DNA from: a virus
Lineage: Duplodnaviria; Caudoviricetes
IMG/VR virus record: IMGVR_UViG_3300028833_003520
Reading direction: 5' to 3' (one strand)
Length of the DNA: 64,000 bases
The position numbers and the translations under genes are program-made. Each line of letters begins with the position of its first letter. The first letter of the stretch is position 1. The notes under the pieces were generated by a model. The model had not been told where the DNA came from. It did no database searches and saw only the letters and a list, made by a program, of their open reading frames with translations. This document shows positions 19,273 to 28,360 of the stretch, piece after piece.

Positions 19273-19846
19273 TTACTTCTATTGCTCCTTCACCAAATCT
19301 GTCGTTATCGGTTATTTCGTCACCTGTAATCAAGGTATCTTCGTATCTGATGGTACGTCTGATGTCCTTGAGAGTAACGATAATGTTCCAAAAATCGCCG
19401 TATTCTTTGATTTTTCTTATCTCGACCGCATAAATCCTACGATAATGGTCGTTAATGACCTTGTAGGAGTTATACTTGTTTACTTGGAGTTCGGTTGTTC
19501 GATTTTCGTTGATGTTCGTAGTGATGTAGCAGTTTCCATCTACACCGTTTTCACGAATACCGAATCCAACAACAACACGATAGGGTCCTTCCATTTCGTC
19601 TATCTCTTCGATGCACTTCAATACTCTATTCCAATCAATAAGGAAGTCGCTTGCGTAAGAGTCACAAAATCTTCCTGTTTCTTGAATGAGATAGGTTGCA
19701 ATGCTTGAAAGATTGATGCAAGAAGCGTCGATATGCTGTGAAGCAAGGATTACATCTTTCTGTTTGTCAAATGCTTTGGTAATAGCCTTGTTGAACTCCC
19801 AAGCATCTGCGTCATAGAATTCCTCGCAATAGTTTTTGTTTGACAT
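19265..19846 (-). CDS. Hypothetical protein
   Basis: ORF with SD AAAGGAG. Confidence 0.8.
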   Translation of the reverse strand: MSNKNYCEEFYDADAWEFNKAITKAFDKQKDVILASQHIDASCINLSSIATYLIQETGRFCDSYASDFLIDWNRVLKCIEEIDEMEGPYRVVVGFGIRENGVDGNCYITTNINENRTTELQVNKYNSYKVINDHYRRIYAVEIRKIKEYGDFWNIIVTLKDIRRTIRYEDTLITGDEITDNDRFGEGAIEVNE

Positions 19847-19861
19847 AGAGTTTCTCCTTTA

Positions 19862-19890
19862 TTGACAGAAAATATTGTTCGGTTTACAAT
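19862..19890 (+). promoter_or_regulatory. Near-consensus sigmaA promoter, antisense to the gene array
   Basis: TTGACA-N17-TACAAT. Confidence 0.75.
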
Positions 19891-19916
19891 AAAATTGGTT
19901 CAGGTGAATTGTGCAT
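19884..19916 (-). CDS. 10-aa leader peptide MHNSPEPILL
   Basis: Strong SD AGAAAGGAG before the ATG; lies between a minus-strand promoter and the 19846 gene. Confidence 0.45.
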   Translation of the reverse strand: MHNSPEPILL

Positions 19917-19982
19917 ATGATGTTCTCCTTTCTGAAAGTAAAGGTAGCAAGTGCGATTGTTGGTGGCAATCGCACTTGTTTT
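19897..19982 (+). ncRNA. Putative ~85-nt cis-antisense RNA
   Basis: Bounded by the consensus promoter and a 12-bp stem CAAGTGCGATTG/CAATCGCACTTG followed by TTTT. Complementary to the leader ORF SD and start. Confidence 0.6.
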
Positions 19983-20018
19983 ATTATAGCACAATTTTAT
20001 TGATAAACGAGCGTTTTT
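19983..20018 (-). promoter_or_regulatory. Extended -10 promoter with upstream CGCTCRTTT motif
   Basis: AAAAACGCTCGTTT-N11-TGTGcTATAAT. Confidence 0.65.
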
Positions 20019-20313
20019 AATCCATTGATTCAACTACTTCGATAACGATATGACGGTCTTCATCAACCGTTATGTAACGAACGAACATATCGAGTAAGAT
20101 AGGGTCAACGGCTTCAATTTCCGAAGGGTTGCAGTTTGTTGTTGAAACTGTAGGAGAAGCAAGGTCGTCCCACGAGAGTTCGTTGTTACCGACATCTGAC
20201 GTACAATCGTAGATATCGACTGTACAGTTGAAATCGAAGTTGTAATCTGATGAAAATTCTCGAAGAGTGATAGGTCGTCTTGGCTTGAACGGGTTATTCA
20301 TCATTTTCACCAT
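20017..20313 (-). CDS. Hypothetical protein (acidic)
   Basis: ORF in array. Confidence 0.7.
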   Translation of the reverse strand: MVKMMNNPFKPRRPITLREFSSDYNFDFNCTVDIYDCTSDVGNNELSWDDLASPTVSTTNCNPSEIEAVDPILLDMFVRYITVDEDRHIVIEVVESMD

Positions 20314-20866
20314 CCGTTCTGACGTAGCGTGTTACTTCAACGATTCTTGTTTCTTTCCTTGTGACTTTCTTGTGGGTTTTACAGAAGTCAATATAAGCAG
20401 CAAGAATATTGTCGCAAAGTTCATCAAACTTGGTGACAAGAAGAACACGGTCTTTGAGTTCACTCATAGACCATTCGTCTTTATCGTTAAAGTCAGCATA
20501 CTGGTCAATATCACGACCTGGATAGGTAGAGTAACTACCGTCTTCGTTTCTTTTAGTCTCGTACATTACGAGATAACCGCCAGAGCGTCCGTTGAAACCG
20601 ACAGCATAGCCTGTTTCTTCCAAGAAATCGTTTTCAAGACGGTAAATAGCCAATCTTAAATCGAATGGTGTTTCCTCGTAAGCGAGGTTATTCATCATAG
20701 TTTCGATTTCCTTATCTTCAATGCCAAGATTGTAAATTTTTACATTGTTGGCATAGGATTTGGAGAGATTCCAACTATTCATTGTATAGTAGCGGAAATG
20801 GTTTTCAAGGAAATCGACCATAGCCTTACGACTACGAAGGTCAACGTCTTTCTTAAAGGTTTTCAT
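20294..20866 (-). CDS. Hypothetical protein (HFRYYTMNSWN / GRSGGYL)
   Basis: Start at 20866 after AAAGGA. Confidence 0.8.
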   Translation of the reverse strand: MKTFKKDVDLRSRKAMVDFLENHFRYYTMNSWNLSKSYANNVKIYNLGIEDKEIETMMNNLAYEETPFDLRLAIYRLENDFLEETGYAVGFNGRSGGYLVMYETKRNEDGSYSTYPGRDIDQYADFNDKDEWSMSELKDRVLLVTKFDELCDNILAAYIDFCKTHKKVTRKETRIVEVTRYVRTDGENDE

Positions 20867-20939
20867 AAATTTTTCCTTTCTTAAAGGGAAGTAAAGATAT
20901 GACTGCAAGCAATTTGCTTACAGCCCTTCTTTAAGTTAA

Positions 20940-21347
20940 TTATTCGTTTGATTTGCCGTTCTCAAAGCCATCTTCGTAGGTAGTTAACGAAGGAACGTCA
21001 TTATCTATCAGTTGAGACGGGTTTGCATAACGAGGTGTAACACTTGTTATTTGTTGCTTATATCGGTCAAATACGATGAGATAATGTACGTGTGTATCAG
21101 GGTCAACCCAATCATAGATTTCTATGATATTGGGTGAGTTTAATGTGAACTCATCAAGGCGAGTTATGCTTGGTATTGGCTCTGTTGGTGCAACCGTTTC
21201 AGAAGGTTCTGAAGGTATGGTTGCATCTGTTGACGGAAGTGCTTGGGCAGTTGTTTCGTCGATAGGGTCAACAGGTTCAAGGAAATACGAACAGCCTGTA
21301 AGTGCGATGCTTATAAGCAACGCAAAGATGATTAGTAATTTTCTCAT
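20940..21347 (-). CDS. Small lipoprotein
   Basis: Signal peptide with lipobox LTGC, then a T/P/E-rich linker. Confidence 0.75.
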   Translation of the reverse strand: MRKLLIIFALLISIALTGCSYFLEPVDPIDETTAQALPSTDATIPSEPSETVAPTEPIPSITRLDEFTLNSPNIIEIYDWVDPDTHVHYLIVFDRYKQQITSVTPRYANPSQLIDNDVPSLTTYEDGFENGKSNE

Positions 21348-21371
21348 ATGTTTCTCCTGTTATAACGGTAA

Positions 21372-21938
21372 TTAGGTCTTTCCTGTTGAACCGAACCCAC
21401 CTGTGCCACGCTCTGTATCGTCAAGTTCATCGACTTCGGTGATATTAGCCTTGAGATAGGGTAGGAAGACCATCTGGGCGATTCTTTCTCCGTCTTCAAT
21501 CTCAACGGCTACCTTGTCGAACATATCAGGGTTACCTGTTTTTGAGTCGATAACCTGAGGTGTATGGTCATTGTGCAATGCAACAATGATTTCACCACGA
21601 TAGTCGGGGTCGATAACGCCGACACAGTTTTCAGGTCTGATGTTCTGCTTGCAAGCAAGACCTGAGCGAGCAAAGACGAATCCACCTACGCCCTTGGGTA
21701 TTGCCATAGCGATACCTGTGTGGCACATTACTGTAGCACCTGCAGGAATGACGAGAACTTTCTTGCCGTCATTATTGGTGTAAACCATTCCACCTTTAGG
21801 ACAGCAATCTGTGTCGTTAATCTTGATGTACAAATCCATACCTACGGCATCTTCGGTGCCTTTGGTGGGTAAATGTGCGTCAGGATTGAGTTTCTTGGTA
21901 GGGACTTCGATGTCTCTGATGATTTCGTTGAAGTTCAT
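21372..21938 (-). CDS. dut: Trimeric dUTPase
   Basis: GMDL, ARSGLA, GVIDPDYRGEI, RIAQ, RGTGGFGSTG. Confidence 0.95.
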   Translation of the reverse strand: MNFNEIIRDIEVPTKKLNPDAHLPTKGTEDAVGMDLYIKINDTDCCPKGGMVYTNNDGKKVLVIPAGATVMCHTGIAMAIPKGVGGFVFARSGLACKQNIRPENCVGVIDPDYRGEIIVALHNDHTPQVIDSKTGNPDMFDKVAVEIEDGERIAQMVFLPYLKANITEVDELDDTERGTGGFGSTGKT

Positions 21939-21948
21939 AGTTTTCTCC

Positions 21949-22152
21949 TTATTCAAAATCTTTGTCGGAAAAGTCTGTATAGACTTCATCATTATACTCA
22001 ATGTCATATGTTCTGAAGATTTTATCGACGAGAACTATTTTGACTTGGGTATGGTATGGGATTATGGTAGGTGGAGTAGTGTGAAAGGTCTTTGACCTTG
22101 ATAGGTAAACTGTATCACCAACCTTAAATCTCATTTTCTTAAAAAGTGGCAT
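21949..22152 (-). CDS. Small hypothetical protein (SH3-like, FKVGDTV)
   Basis: SD AAAGGG; ORF in array. Confidence 0.65.
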   Translation of the reverse strand: MPLFKKMRFKVGDTVYLSRSKTFHTTPPTIIPYHTQVKIVLVDKIFRTYDIEYNDEVYTDFSDKDFE

Positions 22153-22200
22153 TAAAATCACCCTTTCTTGAATGCCAATTTATCTAATGGCTGAGATGTG

Positions 22201-22602
22201 TTATCCAACGGCTGTTTCCAAATTTTCAACAGGGTGTTCAAGAAGGTCTTGAGCAAGTCGAGTTGTAATCTTTATACGGCGATTGGTAGTAATATCAAGT
22301 GTAATAAACTTGTATTTATGGTTCTTGATATTAAAGCCGATAAACTCGTGGATATGGTTATCTCTTGGGTTACGGAACTGCTTATGCAGAGCCGATTCAT
22401 CAACACCATATCGTCTTGCGTAGGCAACCCACTGCTGTTCATAAGAGTTAAAGCGTTTTACCATATCACAATTCATAGGAAAAGCGTGGGTAACTTTAAC
22501 ATCAGGATGGGATTCTTGCCATTCATTAAATGGTGTATCGGTGATAGTATGGAATACTTCGCCGTTCTCTTCGTAGAGTATGCAGAACTTATCCATATTC
22601 AT
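22201..22602 (-). CDS. Hypothetical protein
   Basis: Coupled ORF (stop/start overlap). Confidence 0.75.
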   Translation of the reverse strand: MNMDKFCILYEENGEVFHTITDTPFNEWQESHPDVKVTHAFPMNCDMVKRFNSYEQQWVAYARRYGVDESALHKQFRNPRDNHIHEFIGFNIKNHKYKFITLDITTNRRIKITTRLAQDLLEHPVENLETAVG

Positions 22603-22976
22603 TACCCCTGCGTGACGCTCTTAAAGTCAATAGCCTCAATGGATTCGGTAGAACCTGTGGCTTTTGCGGTAATGTAGTAGATAGCGGAGTTAGTTACGAA
22701 CTCTGCTGTGGCAATGGTTTCAGGCTTCATATTCTGAAGAATGTCTGAGACCTTCTTAACATACTCTTTGCCACCTTCTACGTTTTCCTTGGGGTTCTTA
22801 AGCGTGATGACATCAGTAATGACACAGGGTGTCATTTTGAGGTCTTTTTCTGTCTTAAGGTCACCGCTTTCATACTCGATAAGAACGGCTTTCGAACCGA
22901 CTGTAACATTTTCAATCCATACGGATGCTGTCTGATAGTTGGAAATAAGACCGTTAGTTAATGTCAAGTTTTTCAT
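22602..22976 (-). CDS. Hypothetical protein
   Basis: Coupled ORF, SD AAGGAG. Confidence 0.75.
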   Translation of the reverse strand: MKNLTLTNGLISNYQTASVWIENVTVGSKAVLIEYESGDLKTEKDLKMTPCVITDVITLKNPKENVEGGKEYVKKVSDILQNMKPETIATAEFVTNSAIYYITAKATGSTESIEAIDFKSVTQG

Positions 22977-23452
22977 TCGTTGTCTCCTTTGTTTTCTGAA
23001 TTTTTGAGTGCCTCTGCGATTTTATCAATCATTGACTGTGGTACAAAACATTTTCTATCAGAAATAACTTTTTCTGCAAGGTCTTTTGCAAAATTTGTCC
23101 TAATAAATTCAGGTTTTGCAACAATCCACGAGCCTGTCGGATAAAGTGAGATTCCGTTAGGTTTTGCAATAGGCGGAAGTTTGCTTGGCAACTGTTCTTC
23201 AACTGTGCCTATAAGAACGATGCCTGTTTCCATCTGTTCTTTACACTTTTTACAAGGCTCGTAGTCGATGAACATTTCAGGCTTGGCTTCTTCATCGGAA
23301 TCTCTTATGACTTTTCCGTTTTCGCCGATGCGTCTGATTCTACCAGGGACTACGATTGTTTCTTTGCTTTTTCCACAGAAGAAACACATAGGAATAACGG
23401 GGTTCAGTCCGTATTTAGGTGATAATTCTATAGAATCGTCTTTCTTTGCCAT
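22973..23452 (-). CDS. Hypothetical Zn-binding protein (CFFC...CKKC)
   Basis: Two CxxC pairs; SD present. Confidence 0.75.
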   Translation of the reverse strand: MAKKDDSIELSPKYGLNPVIPMCFFCGKSKETIVVPGRIRRIGENGKVIRDSDEEAKPEMFIDYEPCKKCKEQMETGIVLIGTVEEQLPSKLPPIAKPNGISLYPTGSWIVAKPEFIRTNFAKDLAEKVISDRKCFVPQSMIDKIAEALKNSENKGDNE

Positions 23453-23465
23453 AATAAGTCCTTTC

Positions 23466-23837
23466 TTATATGATTCCGTTGGTGCGGAATTCGGTTAAAA
23501 GTCCGTACTTTTTACCGTAGATGGTAAAGAAGTTTCCCCACCAAGCGAGGTCTGCGGTGTCGTAATCACAGATTTCGAATGTTCTCTGCCATTCTTTAGC
23601 GAATTCGCTTAAAGCGTTCTTATAGAACTGATAAGGCTGTTTGCTGTAGTAAGCAGGAGTGGGTTCTTTAGGACAGTGATAACTACGGTTACCCTTGATT
23701 GTAGGCTGCCAAGCCGCAATCATTCTAAAGAATTCATCTAAACGGTTACCCCATACTCCGTATGGGTTGGAGCCGTCTGCGAAGTCGAACCACTGTGTGT
23801 TTCCTGCTTCTCCGTAGATAGTCTTCTTTTTAGACAT
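23466..23837 (-). CDS. Hypothetical protein
   Basis: ORF in array. Confidence 0.75.
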   Translation of the reverse strand: MSKKKTIYGEAGNTQWFDFADGSNPYGVWGNRLDEFFRMIAAWQPTIKGNRSYHCPKEPTPAYYSKQPYQFYKNALSEFAKEWQRTFEICDYDTADLAWWGNFFTIYGKKYGLLTEFRTNGII

Positions 23838-24072
23838 TCTTGTCACCTTCTTTCGCAATAGGTGTTTTATTTTCAATAGTTACGGTTGATATAGCGTCGA
23901 GGATATCCTCTACGGACATATCAATCCTGTTAGCCGTTTCGAGAAGAAGGGAGTTCCATTCATCATCAGAGAATTGCTTGTCATTTAAGCCAGCCAAAGC
24001 GTCAAGGATTGATTCCTTACTTCCAGTAAGAAGAAGGTCTTTGTACGCATAAAGTTCAGTTGTCTTTTCCAT
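23830..24072 (-). CDS. Hypothetical protein (acidic)
   Basis: SD GGAGG. Confidence 0.7.
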   Translation of the reverse strand: MEKTTELYAYKDLLLTGSKESILDALAGLNDKQFSDDEWNSLLLETANRIDMSVEDILDAISTVTIENKTPIAKEGDKNV

Positions 24073-24862
24073 AATCGTCTTCCTCCTGTTCGTTTGCTTT
24101 ATCTTTTAAGAGGTTTGAAAGATGTTCGGCTTGTGATTGTGAGCAAGCCTTACGGTATTCTTTAACAACCTTTTCAAGTTCACCACGCTTAAATCTTGGT
24201 TTTTGTACTTGTTTTTCATAAAGGCAACGTGCAAAGCCTTTTGTTAATATCTTATTGATTTTAGCAAAATAGGGGTCAAGATGGGGTGGTAACCAAGTGT
24301 CTGAACGACAAAGGAAGATGAGGTCAAATTGTTCGTTTAAGATGCAATCGAAATCGAACTGAATTATTTCTCTTAATTTCTTTTGGCATTTCAAACCATA
24401 CATATCTTCAGAAACTCTATTCGCAATCCAAGTGATTTCTGTGTTTGGAATAGTCTTCTTGATATGTGTACCCCAGTTGCCACAATCGAGGTTTTTGTTA
24501 TCGTTGAAAAGGTCGTGATGGGTGTCAATATTGTAAATATGACAACCTGTATAGTTGCCATTTGAATATTGCTGTGTGATGAAATCAAAGATTCTAACGT
24601 GACTTCCAACACTCATACAGAGTGTATTAAAGTCTTGTTTGTATAGAATACTTATAAGCACATCCAAATGTTCTTTGTCAATTTTAACTTGTCTAATCGC
24701 ACTCTCATACGAAGCGTAATGGTTTAACCATATTACTGCCGATAATGAGGATGGAGCATCGTGTCCATCAGGATAGCAATTTCTCATTATCTCTGCGGAG
24801 TTATGAGGGAATTTTTGAAAATAGTCGAAGTCGATAGACAAGACTTTTAGAATTTTGCCCAT
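24056..24862 (-). CDS. UPF0489/arginase-like fold metalloprotein
   Basis: VLSIDFDYF, NIDTHHD, LDCGNW, CRS..WLPPHLD. Confidence 0.6.
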   Translation of the reverse strand: MGKILKVLSIDFDYFQKFPHNSAEIMRNCYPDGHDAPSSLSAVIWLNHYASYESAIRQVKIDKEHLDVLISILYKQDFNTLCMSVGSHVRIFDFITQQYSNGNYTGCHIYNIDTHHDLFNDNKNLDCGNWGTHIKKTIPNTEITWIANRVSEDMYGLKCQKKLREIIQFDFDCILNEQFDLIFLCRSDTWLPPHLDPYFAKINKILTKGFARCLYEKQVQKPRFKRGELEKVVKEYRKACSQSQAEHLSNLLKDKANEQEEDDYGKDN

Positions 24863-25023
24863 AAAAATTCTCCTTTCTGGATGGTAATTACTTGAGCGTT
24901 ATTGTTCCGCAACAATTGGGCAAATTGTGAAGGAAAGGGATGCATATATGCAAAGAGAGTGGTGCTACCAATTGATAGCACCACTGTATTGCATTGAAAA
25001 ATCAGATGGGATTTTTCTGATAG

Positions 25024-25287
25024 TTAGTCCTCAGTGGAAGTTTGAGCGAATCCTGTCCAATCCTTAAGGATTTCAGGATTTTCCACGATTCCATATTCGT
25101 GACACGCTCCGTTAACAAGAGTACCGATTTGCTGTGTGAATGTACCTTCTTGATTGTTTGTCGTATAGGTAGCCTCATCACCATCAATCGAGATAATCTT
25201 GATTACGTTTGCTTTACCATTGTTGTTCTTGTCTTTGCAAGCAAGGACGAACTCTTCGTAGGTGTAGTGAACTTTCATAGATGTCAT
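25024..25287 (-). CDS. Hypothetical protein
   Basis: ORF after AAAGGAG; true start may be 25278. Confidence 0.7.
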   Translation of the reverse strand: MTSMKVHYTYEEFVLACKDKNNNGKANVIKIISIDGDEATYTTNNQEGTFTQQIGTLVNGACHEYGIVENPEILKDWTGFAQTSTED

Positions 25288-25311
25288 CTCCTTTCGATGA
25301 TATTTATGGGG

Positions 25312-25557
25312 TTAAGCATTGTCCTCGTAATATTTTTCATACTTTCCGCAATGACAGAATCCTGGTTTGTCTTTGTCACGGAAATCTTTGCACATACAGA
25401 TGGTATCAGGTGTATGTACAAGGCTACAAGGGCAATATGCTTCGCCAAACTGATTTTTGTTCGACTCAAGTTTTTCGTTAATATCGTTAACGAGTTCTGA
25501 GTCGGATGAGTCAAGAATAGGGCGGAGCCTTATCTTGAGTTGCCTATTATTCTCCAT
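25312..25557 (-). CDS. Ferredoxin-thioredoxin reductase catalytic subunit-like (Fe-S disulfide reductase)
   Basis: YCPC...ICMC...FCHCG, matching the FTR CPC/CPC/CHC signature. Confidence 0.8.
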   Translation of the reverse strand: MENNRQLKIRLRPILDSSDSELVNDINEKLESNKNQFGEAYCPCSLVHTPDTICMCKDFRDKDKPGFCHCGKYEKYYEDNA

Positions 25558-25571
25558 AATTCAGTTCCTTT

Positions 25572-26048
25572 CTAATCGCTGATTATTTTGGCGAACTGAT
25601 TGTCACTTGCAAGATGAATTCCAAGTATTTCATCGAAATGTTTTTCCTGACCAGGAATAAATCTTCCGAATTTTACAATGAGATTTGGGTATTCCTTCAG
25701 AAGTTCGATTTTGTCTGCAATTTCATTAGGATAATAGCCTGTATAAATGACGATATCGTCATTTGTTTCTTTTCTGATTGCTTTTACGAGGTTGAGCATT
25801 TCGTCAAATGTGTCAAACGGCTCTAACCCACCAAAGCAAATGGCTTCCGTAATGAAATTGTTGGTGTACTGTTTGACTATGGTACTTTCGTCTATATTAA
25901 GTGAAGAGGCAAGAGCCAGTTCGCTGTTTTGGCAAACTTTGCTCTTGCACTCTTTGTCACACTTAAAACTGCATTTAGGAAACAGTACGACCATACAAGG
26001 TTTCTTGTACTGAAGGAAATCTTCAGGGATTATACCTTTGATTTCCAT
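25572..26048 (-). CDS. nrdG: Anaerobic RNR activating radical-SAM protein
   Basis: CSFKC...CQN, GGLEPF, IYTGY, SDNQ; adjacent to nrdD. Confidence 0.85.
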   Translation of the reverse strand: MEIKGIIPEDFLQYKKPCMVVLFPKCSFKCDKECKSKVCQNSELALASSLNIDESTIVKQYTNNFITEAICFGGLEPFDTFDEMLNLVKAIRKETNDDIVIYTGYYPNEIADKIELLKEYPNLIVKFGRFIPGQEKHFDEILGIHLASDNQFAKIISD

Positions 26049-26059
26049 AACTTATCTCC

Positions 26060-28078
26060 TTAAAGGTCTCGACTCTCTTGAGCGAGTTTATAGACATCAT
26101 ACCAATAGCGTGTTTTGAACTCACGCTTTCTTTCCTTCGAGTAATGACGTACAGGTTCGAAGAATCCGACGATTCTCTGCCAAGTGTCAACAACCTGACC
26201 GCCACAGTGAGGACAGGTATCTGTTCCTACAAAGGCGTGAAGGTTCTCGCACTGGTTGATACGGGTGTTGAAAGCGAAGTAGATAACATCCATTGATGCG
26301 ACGTGGTTGAGAGCGTCCCAAGCCGTGTCGGTGTTCGGGAAGTTGCTCTCAAGGTTGATGTGAGCAATAGCACCACCACTACACTTCTTATCAAGGATTG
26401 AACTGACACGCAGTTTCTCATTGATAGAGCAGTTAGCAGAAAGAGGAATCCACTGGTTAGAGTAGATGAATCTCTTCTCGTCTCTGATGTTGTAGTAGAG
26501 GTTGTCTTTTGCACAGAGGATAACGGCGGCACGCTCTGCAGGTACAGACTCAATATTGAAGTTGTAGTCGGCAGGGAAGTGGTCTTTAACGTCGTTGAGG
26601 ATTTCGAAGACTTTCGAAGCAAACTCAATGCCTTCATCTGACCACTCAACTAAGCCAAATTCATCGGTCTTGATAAAGCCGAAGGCTTCAGCAACTTCGT
26701 AAAGACCAAGAATACCGATTGTGCAATACTGCTTGGTCATATCAATACCGCCACGACCGACGTTGGGAAGAAGTTTCTTCTCAACATTACGCTTGATGAT
26801 GTGGCGAATAACATCGAGTGTTTGACAGCATATAGTTGTTCTTTCACGGAGAATACTGAGATAGCGGTCAACATCGTACTGACCATCTTCTTCAGCCGTT
26901 TCGTATGCAATCTTCATAAGGTTAATGGTATTAACCTTAACAGAACCGATAGAAAGGGCAGTACCACCGATGGAATTGATAAATCCACCGAGTTTCTTTG
27001 TATCAGAGAGGAGTCTGCAACAGTTACTCAATGTACCGACATTATCGGACATAAAGAAGTTGCTATCGTTCCACTTTGTGTTGTGGTCGGAACACCATCT
27101 TGCAAAGTCATTATCCTTGAATATGTTCCACTTCTTTGTCTTATGCATTTCTTTAAGTTCTTCAGGAGTGATGTCATCTCTTTTGAGGAGCGAATAAGTA
27201 AGAACAGGGAATGTGAACATATTCTTCTCACGAGTGGCTGATACGACTTCCATAAAGACCTTTTCGTGCTCAATGAGGTCTTCGATGTGGTCGATGGCGA
27301 ATGTACCGTCAGGGAATTCTACACCACCGAAAAGGGCTGTGAGGTAAGGTCGGTCGAAAATTGAGACGTTGACGAAAGCAGACTGGTCAACACGGATGAA
27401 CGGCTGATTAAGTCTGAAAATCAACTTCTGAAATGCCTGTCGGAGATAGTAGTCTGGATTGTTAATGAGATAGTTATTCTCAACATCGTGTTTCCAGAAG
27501 TAGTAAGTCCAAAGAAGGACATTAGGAAGACCGCAAGCACCTGAAGTTCTGTTGGAATAGAATGAAACGAACTCAATAACATCATCAATGAACGTAGTTA
27601 AGTGCTTAGGCGGTTCGTTATTGTAGTTCTTTGTATTCATCTCATCAGGTGTGAGGAAGTAAATGCCTTCTGTGGCAAGTCTTGTAAGGTCGTAAGCGTA
27701 GCAATACGGCTTGAATGATGCACTTGCGGCATCGTGGAGATAGAATGCTCCAATCCATTCGAGTTCAAGCCAAGTCTTTGCAGCGTCAAGACCATATCTT
27801 TTCTTATACTCATAAAAGATTTTGTTGAAAGCAAAGAGTTTCTGTTCGGGTTTTGCACACTCATTAAGAAGTGAACAAACATCTTTGTGATGAGCATTAG
27901 CGTTACCGTCGATAGAAGCGTCGGCAACATTCTTGTCAATGAATCCGTCGATGAAGTCGGTAAAGGCTAACTGACTGTGGTGAAGACCGTTGAGAATCTG
28001 AAAATCAACACCATAGCGTTTCTTTATGTCTTCAATGGCATATTCGAAATCTTCATCAAGTTTTATGTCAACAAGCAT
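26060..28078 (-). CDS. nrdD: Class III anaerobic ribonucleotide reductase (no ATP-cone)
   Basis: YLHD...PYC, SNCCRL, NIESVPAE, SGGAIAH, C-terminal Zn site and RIVGF glycyl-radical loop. Confidence 0.95.
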   Translation of the reverse strand: MLVDIKLDEDFEYAIEDIKKRYGVDFQILNGLHHSQLAFTDFIDGFIDKNVADASIDGNANAHHKDVCSLLNECAKPEQKLFAFNKIFYEYKKRYGLDAAKTWLELEWIGAFYLHDAASASFKPYCYAYDLTRLATEGIYFLTPDEMNTKNYNNEPPKHLTTFIDDVIEFVSFYSNRTSGACGLPNVLLWTYYFWKHDVENNYLINNPDYYLRQAFQKLIFRLNQPFIRVDQSAFVNVSIFDRPYLTALFGGVEFPDGTFAIDHIEDLIEHEKVFMEVVSATREKNMFTFPVLTYSLLKRDDITPEELKEMHKTKKWNIFKDNDFARWCSDHNTKWNDSNFFMSDNVGTLSNCCRLLSDTKKLGGFINSIGGTALSIGSVKVNTINLMKIAYETAEEDGQYDVDRYLSILRERTTICCQTLDVIRHIIKRNVEKKLLPNVGRGGIDMTKQYCTIGILGLYEVAEAFGFIKTDEFGLVEWSDEGIEFASKVFEILNDVKDHFPADYNFNIESVPAERAAVILCAKDNLYYNIRDEKRFIYSNQWIPLSANCSINEKLRVSSILDKKCSGGAIAHINLESNFPNTDTAWDALNHVASMDVIYFAFNTRINQCENLHAFVGTDTCPHCGGQVVDTWQRIVGFFEPVRHYSKERKREFKTRYWYDVYKLAQESRDL

Positions 28079-28095
28079 TGTGTGTTTCTCCTTTC

Positions 28096-28308
28096 TTACT
28101 TATTGGATTGCTCGTTAAGCCATTTGATTGCGTCTGTGTATGAAAGCATACCTGAATCAGTTTCTAACTGAGGAAAGGTCTGCAATCCTTTGGGGTTATT
28201 ATCGGCGGTGACTTCTACGGTTTCGAAATCGACACCTTGCATAGTCATACGCTTTTCTAATACCTTACACGCAGGGCAACCAATGGTGTATAAGATAGGC
28301 TTAGACAT
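28096..28308 (-). CDS. nrdH: NrdH/glutaredoxin-like redoxin
   Basis: ILYTIGCPACKVL, TFPQL. Start at 28308 after AGAAAGGAG. Confidence 0.8.
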   Translation of the reverse strand: MSKPILYTIGCPACKVLEKRMTMQGVDFETVEVTADNNPKGLQTFPQLETDSGMLSYTDAIKWLNEQSNK

Positions 28309-28360
28309 AATTGGTTTTCTCCTTTCTAAATGGGTGATTTGTTGATTGTGCAACAGAATA

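Noticed and set aside
24948-25067. Plus-strand 39-codon ORF after AGGAAAGGGA
   Set aside because: The SD-like run is probably incidental. The ORF runs through hairpins and overlaps a minus-strand gene, with no promoter evident.
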